From positions 60,080,001-60,144,000 of the forward strand of contig CM059432.1 in assembly GCA_030390025.1 (NCBI GenBank): a stretch of 64,000 nucleotides of DNA. The letters are read 5' to 3'. The notes below the pieces were generated by a model. The model was not told the origin of the DNA. It searched no databases and saw only the letters and a list, made by a program, of their open reading frames with translations. Source of the stretch: Squalus acanthias. Lineage: Eukaryota. Made by a program: the position numbers and the translations under genes. Of this stretch, positions 1 through 12,725 are shown piece after piece. Numbering within the stretch: position 1 is the first letter of the stretch; every line of letters begins with the position of its first letter.

Positions 1-300
1 TTAAGTAAAAGCCCCATCTTTCCATGTATGCCATGGACCTGTAAATCAGTACCCAAATGGGTACATGTGTCCCGTAAATTTATGCGCCATACCCTGGAAA
101 CTCAGTATAACAGCAAAATGTGTTTTCTTGCCCTGCTGATGGCATCTGCTGAACATAATGTACATATTGCTGTGGTAAACCACAGTGCCTGTTACAGCTC
201 CAATGCAGCGGTGTTGATCAGTCAAGTCTCCAGCAGGTAACACAAAAGATCTAGTTGATCTAGTGTCACAAAAGTTCACTACTAGGGTATCTTTAATGTC
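1..300 (-). pseudogene. Old, degenerate Harbinger transposase fragment
   Basis: Minus translation AGDLTDQHRCIGAVTGTVVYHSNMYIMF...FAVILSFQG aligns by eye with the GDIS...HCCIRQVTDALY...YISF...FARIAGFP segment of the better-preserved transposases in this window. Confidence 0.45.
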
Positions 301-713
301 CATTGGGAGTATGTATCACCAAGTTTACTTGCAGCAAACAATAAAGCTCTATTACTACCTTCCACAACCTGGCCATCATGAGGGCACAGCCCTTGCCACC
401 AAGGATACGGCCACCAGTGCAGGAGCAGGAGGAGGAGGAAGAGCAAGAGACGGACGAGGAGGAAGCGGAAGGAAGGAGGCAACCCAGACAGGCCCTTTCT
501 GGCTGGGATATCTGGGATCGAATCATCCGTCTGCGGTACGAGTGAACGCAACCGCAATTCCCCATTCAACATTTGTCCCACACCTTACCTTCCCTCTGTT
601 AATGATCATCACAGTGTCCTCTTGGCCACAATGTTGAAATAAAAGCCACAACAAAGCAAACATTCCAATCAAACTTTATCCATCTGTCCATCCAATGTTA
701 CATCAAAAATCAA

Positions 714-2752
714 CTAATCACCCTTGTACATTCCCTTAGTGACTGTCTTGTGTGTGCCTTTGCCTATCCTAGTGCTCCTATGCAGTGCTACCCCAGTGGC
801 TGCAGCATGGCTGGTGGAAGGCTGCTGACTTTCAGTGGGGGACACTGCAGATGGCCTTGCAGGATGACCACGAGGAGCTCTGGGCCTAGTAGGCCCGGCT
901 TCGGACTGCACCACCTCAGCATAGGCGGCAGCAGTCTAGGCTGGCTGGCCTACAGGTAACAGCAATGGCACTGGCAGAGTGACAGTGGTGGGAGGACAAA
1001 TGCTGTCATCTTGAGAAAGGACAGCAAGGTAATCCTCCACGGATCCATTTCCACTCCCCCCGGGCAGCACCTCAGCAATCCTAGTAATCTGCTGGAGTAC
1101 AGACAGCTGGACTGCTGGGACACCCGGCAAGCCCCTGTCAACACTGGTAAACCCAGACATGATGGCAGCAGTCTGTGCTTGCATAGCAGCAAGCTGAGCT
1201 TGCATGACTTCAGTCTGAACTTCCATTGCAGCACTCAGACATTGGGTGGCTTCTGCTTATAATGCAATGGAAGCTGAAACTTCGGCAATCAGACACGGCA
1301 TTATGGTTGGGTCCACAAGTGCGTTAATAGATCTGCCCACTCCTTCCACGCTGGAAAGGATGGGCTCCAAGCTCTGCCCAAAGCCCAGTGCAGGGCTGGA
1401 GCTGGACTCCTCCATGCAGCATTCTTCTGTAGGCCGCACCATCAAAGTCTTCATCTGAGTCCTGTGCAGCAGAACTCGAGTGCGACCTCACCCTCCGGGG
1501 TGCTGGCACCCGAGCTACCCTTTCCCCTTGCCCTTGCTGCAGGCCACTCATGCCCAGTGTCTCACCATGTGCAGATCCCGTGTTTAACCTATCCTCTAAA
1601 GTGCCCGGAGTGTCAGTATCTGAGCTGGGTGTGTGAAATCGAGTGACGGTGTTTCTTCTTCTTCTTCCTCTTCATTCGCCTCTCCCTCTTCATGTTGACT
1701 CACTGGCTGGGCAGGCTGGATTTCTTGGGTTTCTGAAATGAAAAAGGCACAAGGGTAGGGTTATGGTGAGGGTAGGGAGGGGGGTAAAGCAAGCTTACAG
1801 CACGTGCAGATTGTAAATCAGAAGAGGTTGTGGGATGAGGGGGAGTGGGATGTGAGAAGGAGAATAACATATGAGGATATGTGTCTGCGTGGGTTTCCTC
1901 CGGGTGCTCCGGTTTCCTCCCACAGTCCAAAGATGTGCGGGTTAGGTTGATTTGGCTATGATAAATTGACCCTTAGTGTTAGGGGGATTAATACGTGGGG
2001 TTACAGGGATAGGGTGGGATATGTGTCGGTGCAGGCTCGATGGGCCGAAATGGCCTCTATCTGCACTGTGGGGATTCTGTGATTCTGTGATATCGGCATT
2101 TTCTGTTCTTTCAACCCCACTGCTGGCCATGGGCTCAGCCATGCCCCCTCCAAGAACGGCCAGCACCTTCTCCTCCAAGGGGGTGAGGTTATGTAGGCGC
2201 GCCTGTCCCCCGCCAGTTAAGGTCTGCTGGTATCAGTTATGAGCCACTTTTTCCTGCAAGAGAAAGGGAAGCGTGTCAGTGAGTGATGTAATGTGTTTGG
2301 GTGATGTGCCTGTCATGGTTGAATAGTTGACAGTGTGTTCAAGCTGTGAGATGTGGGTGTGAGGCTTGCAGCAGTGGTAAGTATGTGTGAGTGAGGTGAA
2401 GCTATGAGTCATGTTTGGTAGAAATTGTTGGTAGGTGAGTGATGGGGTGTGGTGCATTAATCAATGTGTGAGGCTAGTGGTGCAGTTGGTGAGATATGGC
2501 ATTTGAAGATGAATTCACTGACCTTGACCACTTGTGTGAGGTCATTAAACTTCTTCCTGCACTAAGTCCAGAACCTCAGGGTTTCATTTACCACATTGGC
2601 TATCTGCTCCCACTGCACTCTCATCTGTTGCCTGGAGGGCCTCCTGGTCCCCTGTGGAAAGTGGAACTTCTCCTGGAGTTGACCTCCTGGACCAAGGCCT
2701 CCAGTGCTGCATCCGAGAACTTTGGAGCCCTTTCTCTGGCCTGTTGAGCCAT
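714..2752 (-). pseudogene. Myb/SANT-like partner gene of element A, three exons, disrupted
   Basis: ATG at 2752 (MAQQARERAPKFSDAALEALV); donor AAG|GTCAGT after 2523; acceptor TTGCAG|GAAAAA at 2253; C-terminus LHRSTRIGKGTHK...KGD* ends at 714. Frameshifts, stops and a SINE insertion are present. Confidence 0.85.
1881..2088 (+). mobile_element. 5'-truncated V-SINE (HE1-like) inserted in element A
   Basis: V-domain-like GTGGGTTTCCTCCGGGTGCTCCGGTTTCCTCCCACAGTCCAAAGA; CR1-like 3' tail GATGGGCCGAAATGGCCT...(GATTCTGT)n; GATAT on both flanks (1876-1880, 2089-2093). Confidence 0.85.
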
Positions 2753-3756
2753 TACTCAGTCTTCTTGTTTATAACACTTACCTCCATAAGCAGTTCCAGC
2801 ACCTGTTGCAGGCAGAAGGCACCTCCCCTTTAAGAGGTGCAGACTTCCTTTAAGAAGTGGAATCTAGCTTTATTTGGAGCTAGCCTCGGATGAACTAGGG
2901 CCCCCTGCTGAGCGTTCGGCCACTCAGCAGCACGTTCAGCGCTTGGCTGAACACTACAATCATGTAAAGTAGCAGGCAGCATGAAATTTACATGTTGCCT
3001 GCAGTCCTCTGAATGGGTGCAGGTTGCTATCGCATCGCGATCCCCACACCTGTTTTCGGGAGATACCGAATTTCTAGGTCTGAGTCTCCTGAAGCACTCT
3101 TGTACTGTGAGGTCTGTGCAGTTTCTTCTGTTGTGATACTCATAATGAATGGGGTTTCTCCATGATCTGTAAGTATATATGTTGTGGCCTTTCATCTTCC
3201 CACCCTCCTCTCTTCCTCTTTCTCCTCCTCAATTACTCTGGAACCTATGTTGCTGGAAGAAGTAAGTAACTGTTCCTCAATTTAGGCCATTCTGCTGTGT
3301 TGCTAAACAATTCTTCTGGCTCCATGTGGTGCTGTTACAATGATTTTAAATGTATGTAACATATACATAAAATGTGTGCATTGTCAAATTACAAGTAGCC
3401 TTAATTGGCACTTAACAAGGAATGAACATGTTTAAAAATTCTAACATAGAGATTGCGTATTACTAAATATTACTGCAACTATAACAGGAAGGAATTTTGG
3501 GTGAAGTGTGAAAAATATCCAGCATGCACATCTTCGCTGCATTTCTTAAATATCATGACCTGATTAATTTCTAGGCTATAGATCTTCAAATAGAATCGAA
3601 GGTGGAAGTTTTTATTTTGCTTTTATACATAAAATGTAATTTTCTATGCAGAATTCTGGCTCTTCTTTGGCTGAAGCTGCCCTTTTTTGCCAACCATATT
3701 TAGTCAGGAAAGGACATAGGACAGAGACATCACTCACTGCTATTTTCTCAGCCCAC

Positions 3757-4110
3757 GGCTATTTTAACGCTGAAGCTTTCTTGAGTGGCTGAGGCGCTAG
3801 CCTGATTCAGAGAACAGGTAAGAGTAAAACGAATCTTGTGGGACCCATGGGCAAAGGCGTGCTCCTGCAGGCCACACAACAACAGTTTGGGCCCTACAGG
3901 TCCAGACTCTCCCACCTTCCCACTTGCAAAACCCTCCACGATTTACCTGACGGCCGCCTGCTCTTCATAGGCCGTTTCGGGTGGGCAGCTGTCTGGCGGG
4001 ACATATTAATGAGGCCCGGCCATTAAAATGGACTGGGTCTCCCACTACAGCTCCGGGGCAGGCAGCCTGTGGGACCTGCCAGCTTTCTGCTCAGGGGTTA
4101 AAGTTCTCCC
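3757..4110. mobile_element. Possible degenerate MITE
   Basis: GC-rich island in AT-rich DNA with imperfect inverted ends GGCTATTTTAAC / GTTAAAGTTCTCCC. Confidence 0.35.
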
Positions 4111-6686
4111 TAGTATATCACCCAAAGTACTATGAGCAATGTCACAGGAAATCTGCAAGTTTCTAAATTATATCCTGATATTTAGATATTAATCTACATA
4201 ACTAAATCCTGAAATGCAATTACATTATATACTGTTTCAGAATTATGTCCCTAATTATTTTAATTCTTTGCATTTCGAACAAAACAAATTGCCTGTTCAA
4301 ATTATTCTTTTTGTGAGAAACGTTCTCTGGTAAAGTGTCATGTACTGGTTGATTTCTTCTTTAAAATGAATACCAATTTAGTATCTATTAAGCATTATAT
4401 CATGACTTGAAATATAGCATTTCAACCTGCCCCATCCCCTCCCCATAGCTACACACCTGAGTCCTTTTACTGCCAACAAGCTGTTTTAATTCTGTTGATA
4501 ACAGCTGTTCTTTCATGTTGCTTTACGCTGAAAGCAAATGAATTGTGAAAACACCCTTTTCAAACCACATTGATACAGTTCACTTATATAAAAAAGCTGA
4601 CATTTCAGCTATGTCGCAAGCTGAATGTGAAACCTATCTCCAGCAGTAAACTGGCTTAAGGCACTTATTCTACAACTTTGAATTATGAGCAACTCCTCTC
4701 CCTGGCATTTAAATCAGTACCACATTGAAAAAGAGCAATTACAGATAAAAACTGAGCAATTCAAACATTTACAGGCTCTTCATATAATTCAACACATCCT
4801 ATTGTAAATGGATTCACTGGTGTGGTCCAGTGACACATTCAGAATTTCATATATCTTGGTCTTGATTATAATGCATTGTTAGAATTTTATATAAAGACTT
4901 TTTTAAAGTATTAGCAGTACAACACTGAATCAAACCAAGTTGCTTAATAGTTGCTCTGTGGTAAGGTTACGTTGACTATTAAGTGCAAAGAGTACTTAAA
5001 TTTGTTTTGCATGTTTGAAAGAGATTAAATTGCTCTGATTTCTCCTCTTTTTTTCCATACAGGCGTTGCCAGTTCACCAACCTCTTGCTACTGAGAGGGT
5101 GGGTGACCTGCTCACAGGTTTCTGCTAATGTCACCCTTCAACAAGGCATCAGGAGGCCTGGTGACAACTTTTCACTTTCCCTTGGGAGGTACCTGCAGTC
5201 TGCTAAATGCTTTCCTATTGCAGCACAGCTGAGAGTGGGAACTTACCAAAATGAGTCTGAATTGAATCTCCATTTTGTTACTCAGTGGCACCGTATGTCT
5301 GTGGTGCCCAGCACACTTATAAAGTTAACAACTGTACATAATAATCATATTTGAGACTACCCCAATGCTAAGTCAATTGAGTCAGTATTGAGTTGTTTTG
5401 AGTATACAGTACTGTATTATTTCTGGAACTTTTACATAATAAAACTGTAATATATTACACTACATGTGTTGTATTTATATGAATGGTTTCCGTTCGATGG
5501 ATTAGGTTTCCCATTGTCCCTGCTTCAATGGAAAAAGGCCAATGGCCAGAATGTATGATGGCTAGTGTAGGTAAATTGGCAATTTATTTTCTAAGAAAAA
5601 ATAAAAGAAATTACATGTAATATAAATAAAATTATAAAGGAGGAATAGGTAGTTTAAGAAATAAACCACTTGTGACATGTGCAACATAACTCACTCAATT
5701 GCTTATATTTTGCATAATCTATTGCTCCTCATCACATATCCTTTATACATTCAAGATACAAGAATTGTGCTGAATCTCTAGAAGGAATTTATGGTCAGGT
5801 TTCCAGTTTATCAGATGAAAATAGATTTCGAAATACAGACATAAAAATATAACTATATGAATTCATATTTTATAATCAAATCCATGTTCTCTTTTATGGC
5901 ACACTAACTTTCCTGCTTAATATTCTTGTTTTTTTAGATTTTTTAACCACCTGATATAACAAAATTGACAGCGCACTAATACTTTCACATAAAAATTAAG
6001 CTTTTTCGTTGAATGGAAGGGAGAGAAATTGAATCTGTTTTGATCGGTTTATAAAGATATTTTGCCTAAGGCTTACTAAAGTTATGAAAAATGGTTTATT
6101 GTGGATGCTAAATTATTAACACAGGTTAACATATGTGAATATAAAGCAAAGTCTCCTATTAGTCCTTCATAGTCAGCAACATTATATCTGAAATAAAAAG
6201 GGAGTAGTATAGCATTATTTTTCTGACTACCAGGCCAAGTCAGTGTTGGCAATTGAAAGACTAAATTATTGATTTTACACACCAATAAATTCTAATGAGA
6301 AATAAAAAAGTACAAAACATTTAAATTGATTTATAAATATTTTTATGCTTTAGAAACAATTGTACTATTCAGCAAAATATAAAAGAGTAGTAAATATAAC
6401 CACATTGATAATAAATAAAGATTGCCTACTGGAACAAAAAGGTATGGTTCATTGATTTAGTTTTCTACATCAGCTGCAGATTGAACTGTACTAATAAACT
6501 ATAATGCCTGTCAGAAAGTGTTGGTCCATCACATAAATAGTTAGACCAGCACTATATTGCAATAGATTTTATTTTATCCAGTTTCTTTAAAGTATAAAAA
6601 ATGTGAAAATGTTAACAATTGTAGCTGTCTGGTGGTCTGTCCATGAGCTTTCATAGATAACAATCTGCATCCCATGAAGGGAACAT

Positions 6687-7442
6687 GGGAGAGAAATTCA
6701 TTATCGCCCCGTTTGGGGGCGGTAACCTTTGAAAGCTGGGAAACTTGGCGCCAGGCGTTAATGATTCCCAGCTTTCACGAAATTGGGTTTAGCGCTCCAG
6801 GAAGGAAGTGGAGCGCCAAGCACTCCACTTCCTTCCTGGAGCGCTAAAGGATGCAGGCGGGGCGTTGCTTGTACAGCGCTGCACAATGTCCCGTGCAGAG
6901 CTGCCGCGTTCCGAGGCTCCTTCCCTCCCTTAAAGGGAAGGGCCATCGCTGCAGACTCTGCATCGGGGCCAGTCAGCTGGACCCCAACGGCGGCCGCAAA
7001 TCGGCTCGATCAGCCCCATGCACTCCAGCAGAGTGCCGGGCTGATCGATCGCGGCCCAAGAGAAGGAAAAAAAAATGGACCCAAACAATTAAAATAATTT
7101 AGGCACTTACCTGGGCAACCTCCCCTTTAACTTTCGCCCCCCGAAGCACCCGGCCTCCCGAACAATGCCTCCTGCAGCTGCCGGTGTTGTCGCCCGGCGA
7201 TGCTGCAGGGGGCGAAACCGAAGTTCTGGTCCGGGGTGCAACCGGGGCAATGCGTATGGCGATGACGTTATGATCTCTGGGCGAAGGAGATCGGGGCGCA
7301 ACGTCATACCGCTGTCGCAAACCTCTCGCCGAATTTAGCGGGGGGCGATATTCTCACCGCACCCGCGCGGTTCGGGTTAGCGCCCCTTTATCGTCCCCCG
7401 GAGGCAATAACGGGAGGTGCAAAGGCTCCCAATTTCTCCCCC
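6687..7442. mobile_element. Harbinger-type MITE sharing termini with elements C and D
   Basis: TIRs GGGAGAGAAATT (6687) and AATTTCTCCCCC (7431-7442). The left end GGGAGAGAAATTCATTAT matches element C. CpG-rich and non-coding. Confidence 0.85.
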
Positions 7443-8531
7443 ATTGTCTCTTCAACATCTCACAGGGCTCTGAATTAATTCCAGTGGGTTCTGTAAGAGC
7501 TTATCCTTATTTTATGGTGGAGTTCCCTTCCCATTTATCTGCTTTCTACTTTATCTCCAAAGTACTCCAGAGGCTGAGATAGGAGTCTGCCCAATTCAGT
7601 CCAGTGACCATACACCATGATCTATTTCCCACTTGCTTATATATTTTAATGCGTGCCTTGGTACTAATCTTTTGGAACATGGTATCACCATCACAAGTCA
7701 AGAAGAAGACAATCATAGTAGGAGCAAGGAGAAAGTAGTATTAACTCAACTTTAATAGAGGTTCATAACTTTATGGCAGGCACGGCACATCTCAAGTGCA
7801 GAAACTATTTCATAACTCTTGGTGAAACTTTTATATATTAGTATTAATGTCAGTGCTAGTTTTAATGGCAATAGTGCTCTGGTACACCATGGTGTGAATT
7901 CATGGATTCGTACCTTATCAGTGCAAAGTAGTAATAGGCATTCTAATGCATTTATAAATTGACATTTAGATGTTTCTAAATAATTCAGTGTCAGTGCTGT
8001 TGAAGCACCAGTGATAAATGACTACAAATGGTAGTAGTATGCAAAGGGCATTCACTCTACTTCTTAGAATGCCAAAAATAATCTAACTGTGGATATCACA
8101 GTTAGTTAGTATTTAAAGTATTTTATGTTTTGTCTGTATATTTTACACATGCAATTGACTCTCTGAGAAAATGTCATATGTCTCTAACTAAGTCTTGCCA
8201 TATATTTTCATTTTGCTCTATGTAGAGTGAATGGGGAGTTGTATTTCATCTTGCTGGCATTGAAAAAAGCATAAAACTAAGCAACTCTCACATCTGAAAG
8301 GAGACTGAAAGTACTTGCAATAAGTACCAGACTTAAGGAGTTAGATATCTTTAATTGGACTAATTTTGACTGATTCCAATTAATTGGGAAGAGTTCATAT
8401 TTGGTTCAATTAAATCAGTCTGGATTTGGATGTAGTTCAGATGGCCTGTTTGTTTATAGAATGCAAGCATAAACACACAGAAGGAGAACATGTTTTCATT
8501 CATATACCTGACAGCTTTTGCTATGCTACCA

Positions 8532-9820
8532 GGGAAAAATTGGCGCTGGGGGCTAAAAATTTTAGCCCAGTGCTAACTTACCATGTAACGCCCTCCTGGT
8601 GGCATTAACGCAGGCATGGAAGTCGAAGTTCTCATCCTGAAGCGGCGTTCCTGCTTCTAACAACCTCGGGAAGCGAGGCTATGGAGTTAGGAATTGTGGG
8701 AAATTAAATAATAAAATTAAAATGAAGTGAAAAAATGCAGTTTTCAGCCTTACTGCCTTTTAAAAAAAACATTAAAAAGGAAGTGCCAAATGGGAGTCTT
8801 CAGCACTTAAAGCTGGATTCCCCTCCAAACCTCAAAAAATAGGAAAAGTGCTTCAGCACTAACACAAATGGCTGAGCAAGCCAGAGAAGGGGCACCTAGG
8901 GTCTCGCACTCAGCACTCCAGCTTTGTGCAGGGGGTCAACACTGCAAGCGAGATCCTCTACCCACAGAGGCCAGGAGGCCCTCCAGAAAGAACAATGTGG
9001 GACCACAACACCGAGGCCGTCACTGCCAGCAGTGTTGCCCCTCCACCACCTGGCTCCAGTGCCCAAAGAAGCTTCATGACCTCAGACCACTGGTCAAGGT
9101 AGTGAATGCATCTGCAAAAGCCGCCTCCTACCAACTGCACCACCAGCCTCATACACTGCTCAAAGCACGACTCTCCACCCCCTGTCAATCACTCATCTAC
9201 CAACAATCTGTACTAATCACGAGGCACATCTCCCATTCCTAGCCGCACCTCACCCCCTTGGAGAAGATGGTGCAGGCCATTCTTGGCAGGGGCATGGCTG
9301 AGCCATTGGCCAGTGGCAGGGCAGAAAGGAGACAAGATGCTGGCATCCTCATATGTTATCCTCCTTCTGGCAAGCACCTCTTGCTTTCCCGCCCTCCCCT
9401 CACCACAACTCCATCGTTGTGCCTTCCTCATTTCACACACCCAGAAAAAGCAGCCTGCCCAACCAGTGGTTGGCCAAGCAGAGGGAGAGGAGTGTGAAGA
9501 AGAAGAAGCAGAAGAAGAAGAAACGCCATCACTTGATTAGACTCTCCAAGCCACCAGCTCCTCAAGGCCAACCAGCAAGGCCATTTGCAGTGTCCCCCAC
9601 TGAAAATCAGCAGACTTTCACCAGCCATGCTGCAGCCACTGGGGTAGCACTGCGTGATATCAGTAGGATAGGCAAAGGCACACACAAGATAGTCACTAAA
9701 AGAATGCATAAGGGTGATGAGTTGATTTCTTGATGTGATAGTGGATGGATAGGTGTATAAAGTTGGATTGGAAAGTTTGCTTTGTGGTGGCTTTTATTTC
9801 AGCATCATGGCCAAGAGGAT
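8532..9820 (+). mobile_element. Internally deleted Harbinger remnant G carrying a Myb/SANT-like pseudogene
   Basis: 8868 MAEQAREGAPR...TWLQCPKKLHDLRPLVK; exon 2 and 3 remnants; tail LRDISRIGKGTHK...KGDELIS* at 9733; 9780-9820 is the reverse complement of the transposase 3' UTR seen at about 620-660. Confidence 0.8.
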
Positions 9821-11232
9821 ATGGCAGGATACCAGGCTATTCTTTGGTTGGTGGTGGCTGTAATAAGGTAAAATCTGTCTGCTTGTTAGCTTCACCTTAA
9901 ATTTTTTTTTAAATTACCACCAGGAGGCTTCAAGAAAGTATACTACAGATGCATTTTTATTGTTTACACCATATACTACAAATTGTTTTATCATCCTTGT
10001 TTTGAAATATCATTATATATCACTTTGTGGCATCCCTCCAAGAACCTTAATTGCATTTTTAAACAATCTATCATAGATAAAACACTTGGGATCTTCAGTC
10101 ATTTCCAACCCGAGCAAGAAATGAAAAATACTAGCTGAAAGTCCAAAGCGTTGGTCACAGATCTTTCTACTGGCACCACTGACAACAGAATCATATGTAA
10201 CACATCACTACTAGTCTAATATTCTTTAATTTTAAAGAGGACATTCAAAACTGTTTCTGAAAAACAATGAATGATACAGACCAGTAGGTCAAAGTTAGTG
10301 AAAGCAACAATGAATATAAATAGAGGATAATGCACTGGTAGCGGTGCATTACTGATTTTATTTCATGAGTGTGAAAGACCCATCATTTACGAGTACTGCA
10401 GGCACAAGTGAATTATGAGGTCTTTCTTATGAGCAAACTAAGCCCAGTTAAGCTCTGCTATCAGTGCAATGTTCTGTTTATTACATGTGGAGTAATATTT
10501 TTAACCCTGAACCATTGCTATACATGAATACACTGAAGAAACAGAAAGTGGACCAACATGTTGTGAAAAAGTCAACAATTATGCAATCTCTTAGAGTTAC
10601 ATGGGATCCTTGCAAAAGAGTGCCAGTGGCTGATATTTTGAGACATACAATTTTGAGAATACTATTTCATTCCTAGGCCACCTGGAAATGATTGTGAGAC
10701 ATTAGGGCCGCGATTTTGCCGGCACTCAAGGGGTGGGTTTGGAGGTTGGTCAGGTGGTAAAATTGAAAAAAATGACGGCGGGTTCCGATCCTGCCATCAA
10801 CCCGCCTCCGTGCAACTTTGCCAAAGGTGGGCTCACAGACTCCTGTTTGGTCCCGCCACCAAGCGGCGGGATAGGCACTTAAGGCAGTTAACTGCTTGTT
10901 AACTGCCTGGATAATGCCATTTTGAGAATCGTTTTACATTTTACCACTTTTTCTGCATTTTCCACGCCGTTCCCAAACCACGCCAGCTAATTGTGTCGGG
11001 TTCACAAGTGGCTGCCTTCTTGACAGCTGCAGCTCCAGCATAAAAATGGAGCTCTCAACAAGGATCAGTTGCAAGTGGCAGAACTTTGATTTTGCAGGTC
11101 TTGGAAAACATTTTGCAGGTCTACTGATCTTGGAAGTGGTGAAGCTGAGATCCATCTCCACTGTCACCTCCTGGGAAAACCCTCTCCCCACATTGACTGA
11201 GAGCTTCTTCAACGGAGATATCTACCAGCAGC

Positions 11233-12453
11233 ATGGGAACCATTTATTTCCTTTCATTCTGGTCCTCAGATTCGGAGGATGAGCAGCCATGGCAGCAGCA
11301 GAACCAGTTACAACAGCAGCACCAACAGCAGGAGCGCCAACCTCCTGCTCAGCCACCTGATGGTGCACAGGGCAGAAGACATCAGCGCAGGGATGCACGT
11401 CGCCGCAGGAGATACCCCCAGCACAGGGTTTACAGGCCGAGCATGACCTTCCTCAACATGACTGAGCAGCAGTGCCAAAGGAGGCTGAGGCTTTGGCGAG
11501 AGATAGTGGGTGACATCTGCGCAATGTTGCACCAAGACTTGGAGCCCAGAGGATCCGGTGGACACCCCTTACCAGTGGCTGTCAAAGTCACCACCACCCT
11601 CAATTTTTTTGCTTCAGCGACCTTCCAGGGATCAGCAGCAGACATCAGCGGCATCTCCCAGTCGGCCGCACACACTTGCATCACGCAGGTAACCGATGCC
11701 CTCTTTGCCAAGGCGCACAATTACATACACTTCTCCACGGATCAAGCAAGTGTAACCGTGCGTGCGGTTGGCTTTGCAAAAACGGTAGGCTTGCCAAGGG
11801 TGTAGGGCGTTGTAGACTGCACACATGTGGCCCTTAGGGCACCCCATCACAATCCAGCTGATTTTGTCAACCGCAAGGGCTTCCACTCCCTCAACGTGCA
11901 GCTGGTGTGTAACCACAGGAAGGACATTTTGCATGTTTGCGCGAAGTACCATGGCAGTTGCCATGACTCATTCATCCTGCGGCAGTCTAGTGTGCCTCCG
12001 CTCTTCAATCCGCTAAACCAACTTTCTGGGTGGCTACTTGGAGACAAGGGCTATCCCCTGAAGACGTGGCTGATGACGCCGTTGAGGAGGCCATCGAATG
12101 AAGCTGAGGAGCGCTACAATGCCAGCCACATTTCGACCAGATCCATTATCAAGCAAACTATCGGCTTGCTGAAGATGCAATTCAGATGCCTTGATAGATC
12201 AGGTGGAGCCCTACAGTATTCAGCAGCCAGGGTCTCCAGAATCGTCGTGGTTTGCTGTGCACTGCAGAACATCGCACAGCATCGTGGCTTGCAGCTGCCT
12301 GAGGAACAAGTGGCTCAGTGCATAGCCTCATCAGGTGAGGAGGAGGAGGAGGAGGAGGACTTTGCGGAGGCGAATGCGCCAGTTCCAGCGGCACACGAGC
12401 ACATTGCTGCCTGTGATGCAAGGGATGCACTAATCTTTGCCAGGTTCGCTTAA
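11233..12453 (+). pseudogene. HARBI1-like DDE transposase of element B, about 406 codons, one premature stop
   Basis: ORFs 11233-11805 and 11827-12453 are in the same frame across TAG 11803-11805. Motifs [43 protein letters not shown]. The third catalytic residue reads K (IIKQTIG). Confidence 0.93.
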
Positions 12454-12725
12454 GTAGACGAATCAAACAAATGTGGCTGGCACCTTTTTAATACACCATA
12501 CACAATGTACAAGAACCTGTGGGTTCCTATCACTCTCACCATCATTATAAATGCAAGTTGCCCTGAGCCCTCAATGTGGAACTTTCATTTCCGAGATCAC
12601 ATAGGCCAGAACTTCAACTGTTTGCTATCACTTCTGTTTAATCCATTCACAAAAGGATGACAATGTCAAATATTAAAGAAAACAAAAGACAACAGAACAG
12701 AACACCCAAGTGACTACCCTTGTGA

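Larger units (their letters stand above)
355..3080 (+). mobile_element. Harbinger element A, truncated on the transposase side (transposase 3' tail on +, Myb gene on -, one terminus)
   Basis: About 360-545 encodes [12 protein letters not shown] plus an acidic tail, as in copies C and D. AATAAA at about 638. Terminus GAATTTCTAGGTC at 3068-3080. The subterminal region is the reverse-complement homologue of 63392-63570. Confidence 0.85.

Noticed and set aside
6687..7442. Host CpG-island promoter with short ORFs
   Set aside because: CpG richness stops exactly at Harbinger-type TIRs, and the ORFs have no recognisable content.
9828..10210. Exon-like peptides IPGYSLVGGGCNK (+) and ...ICDQRFGLSASIFHFLLG... 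(-)
   Set aside because: Weak splice signals, opposite strands and no recognisable protein; compatible with chance.
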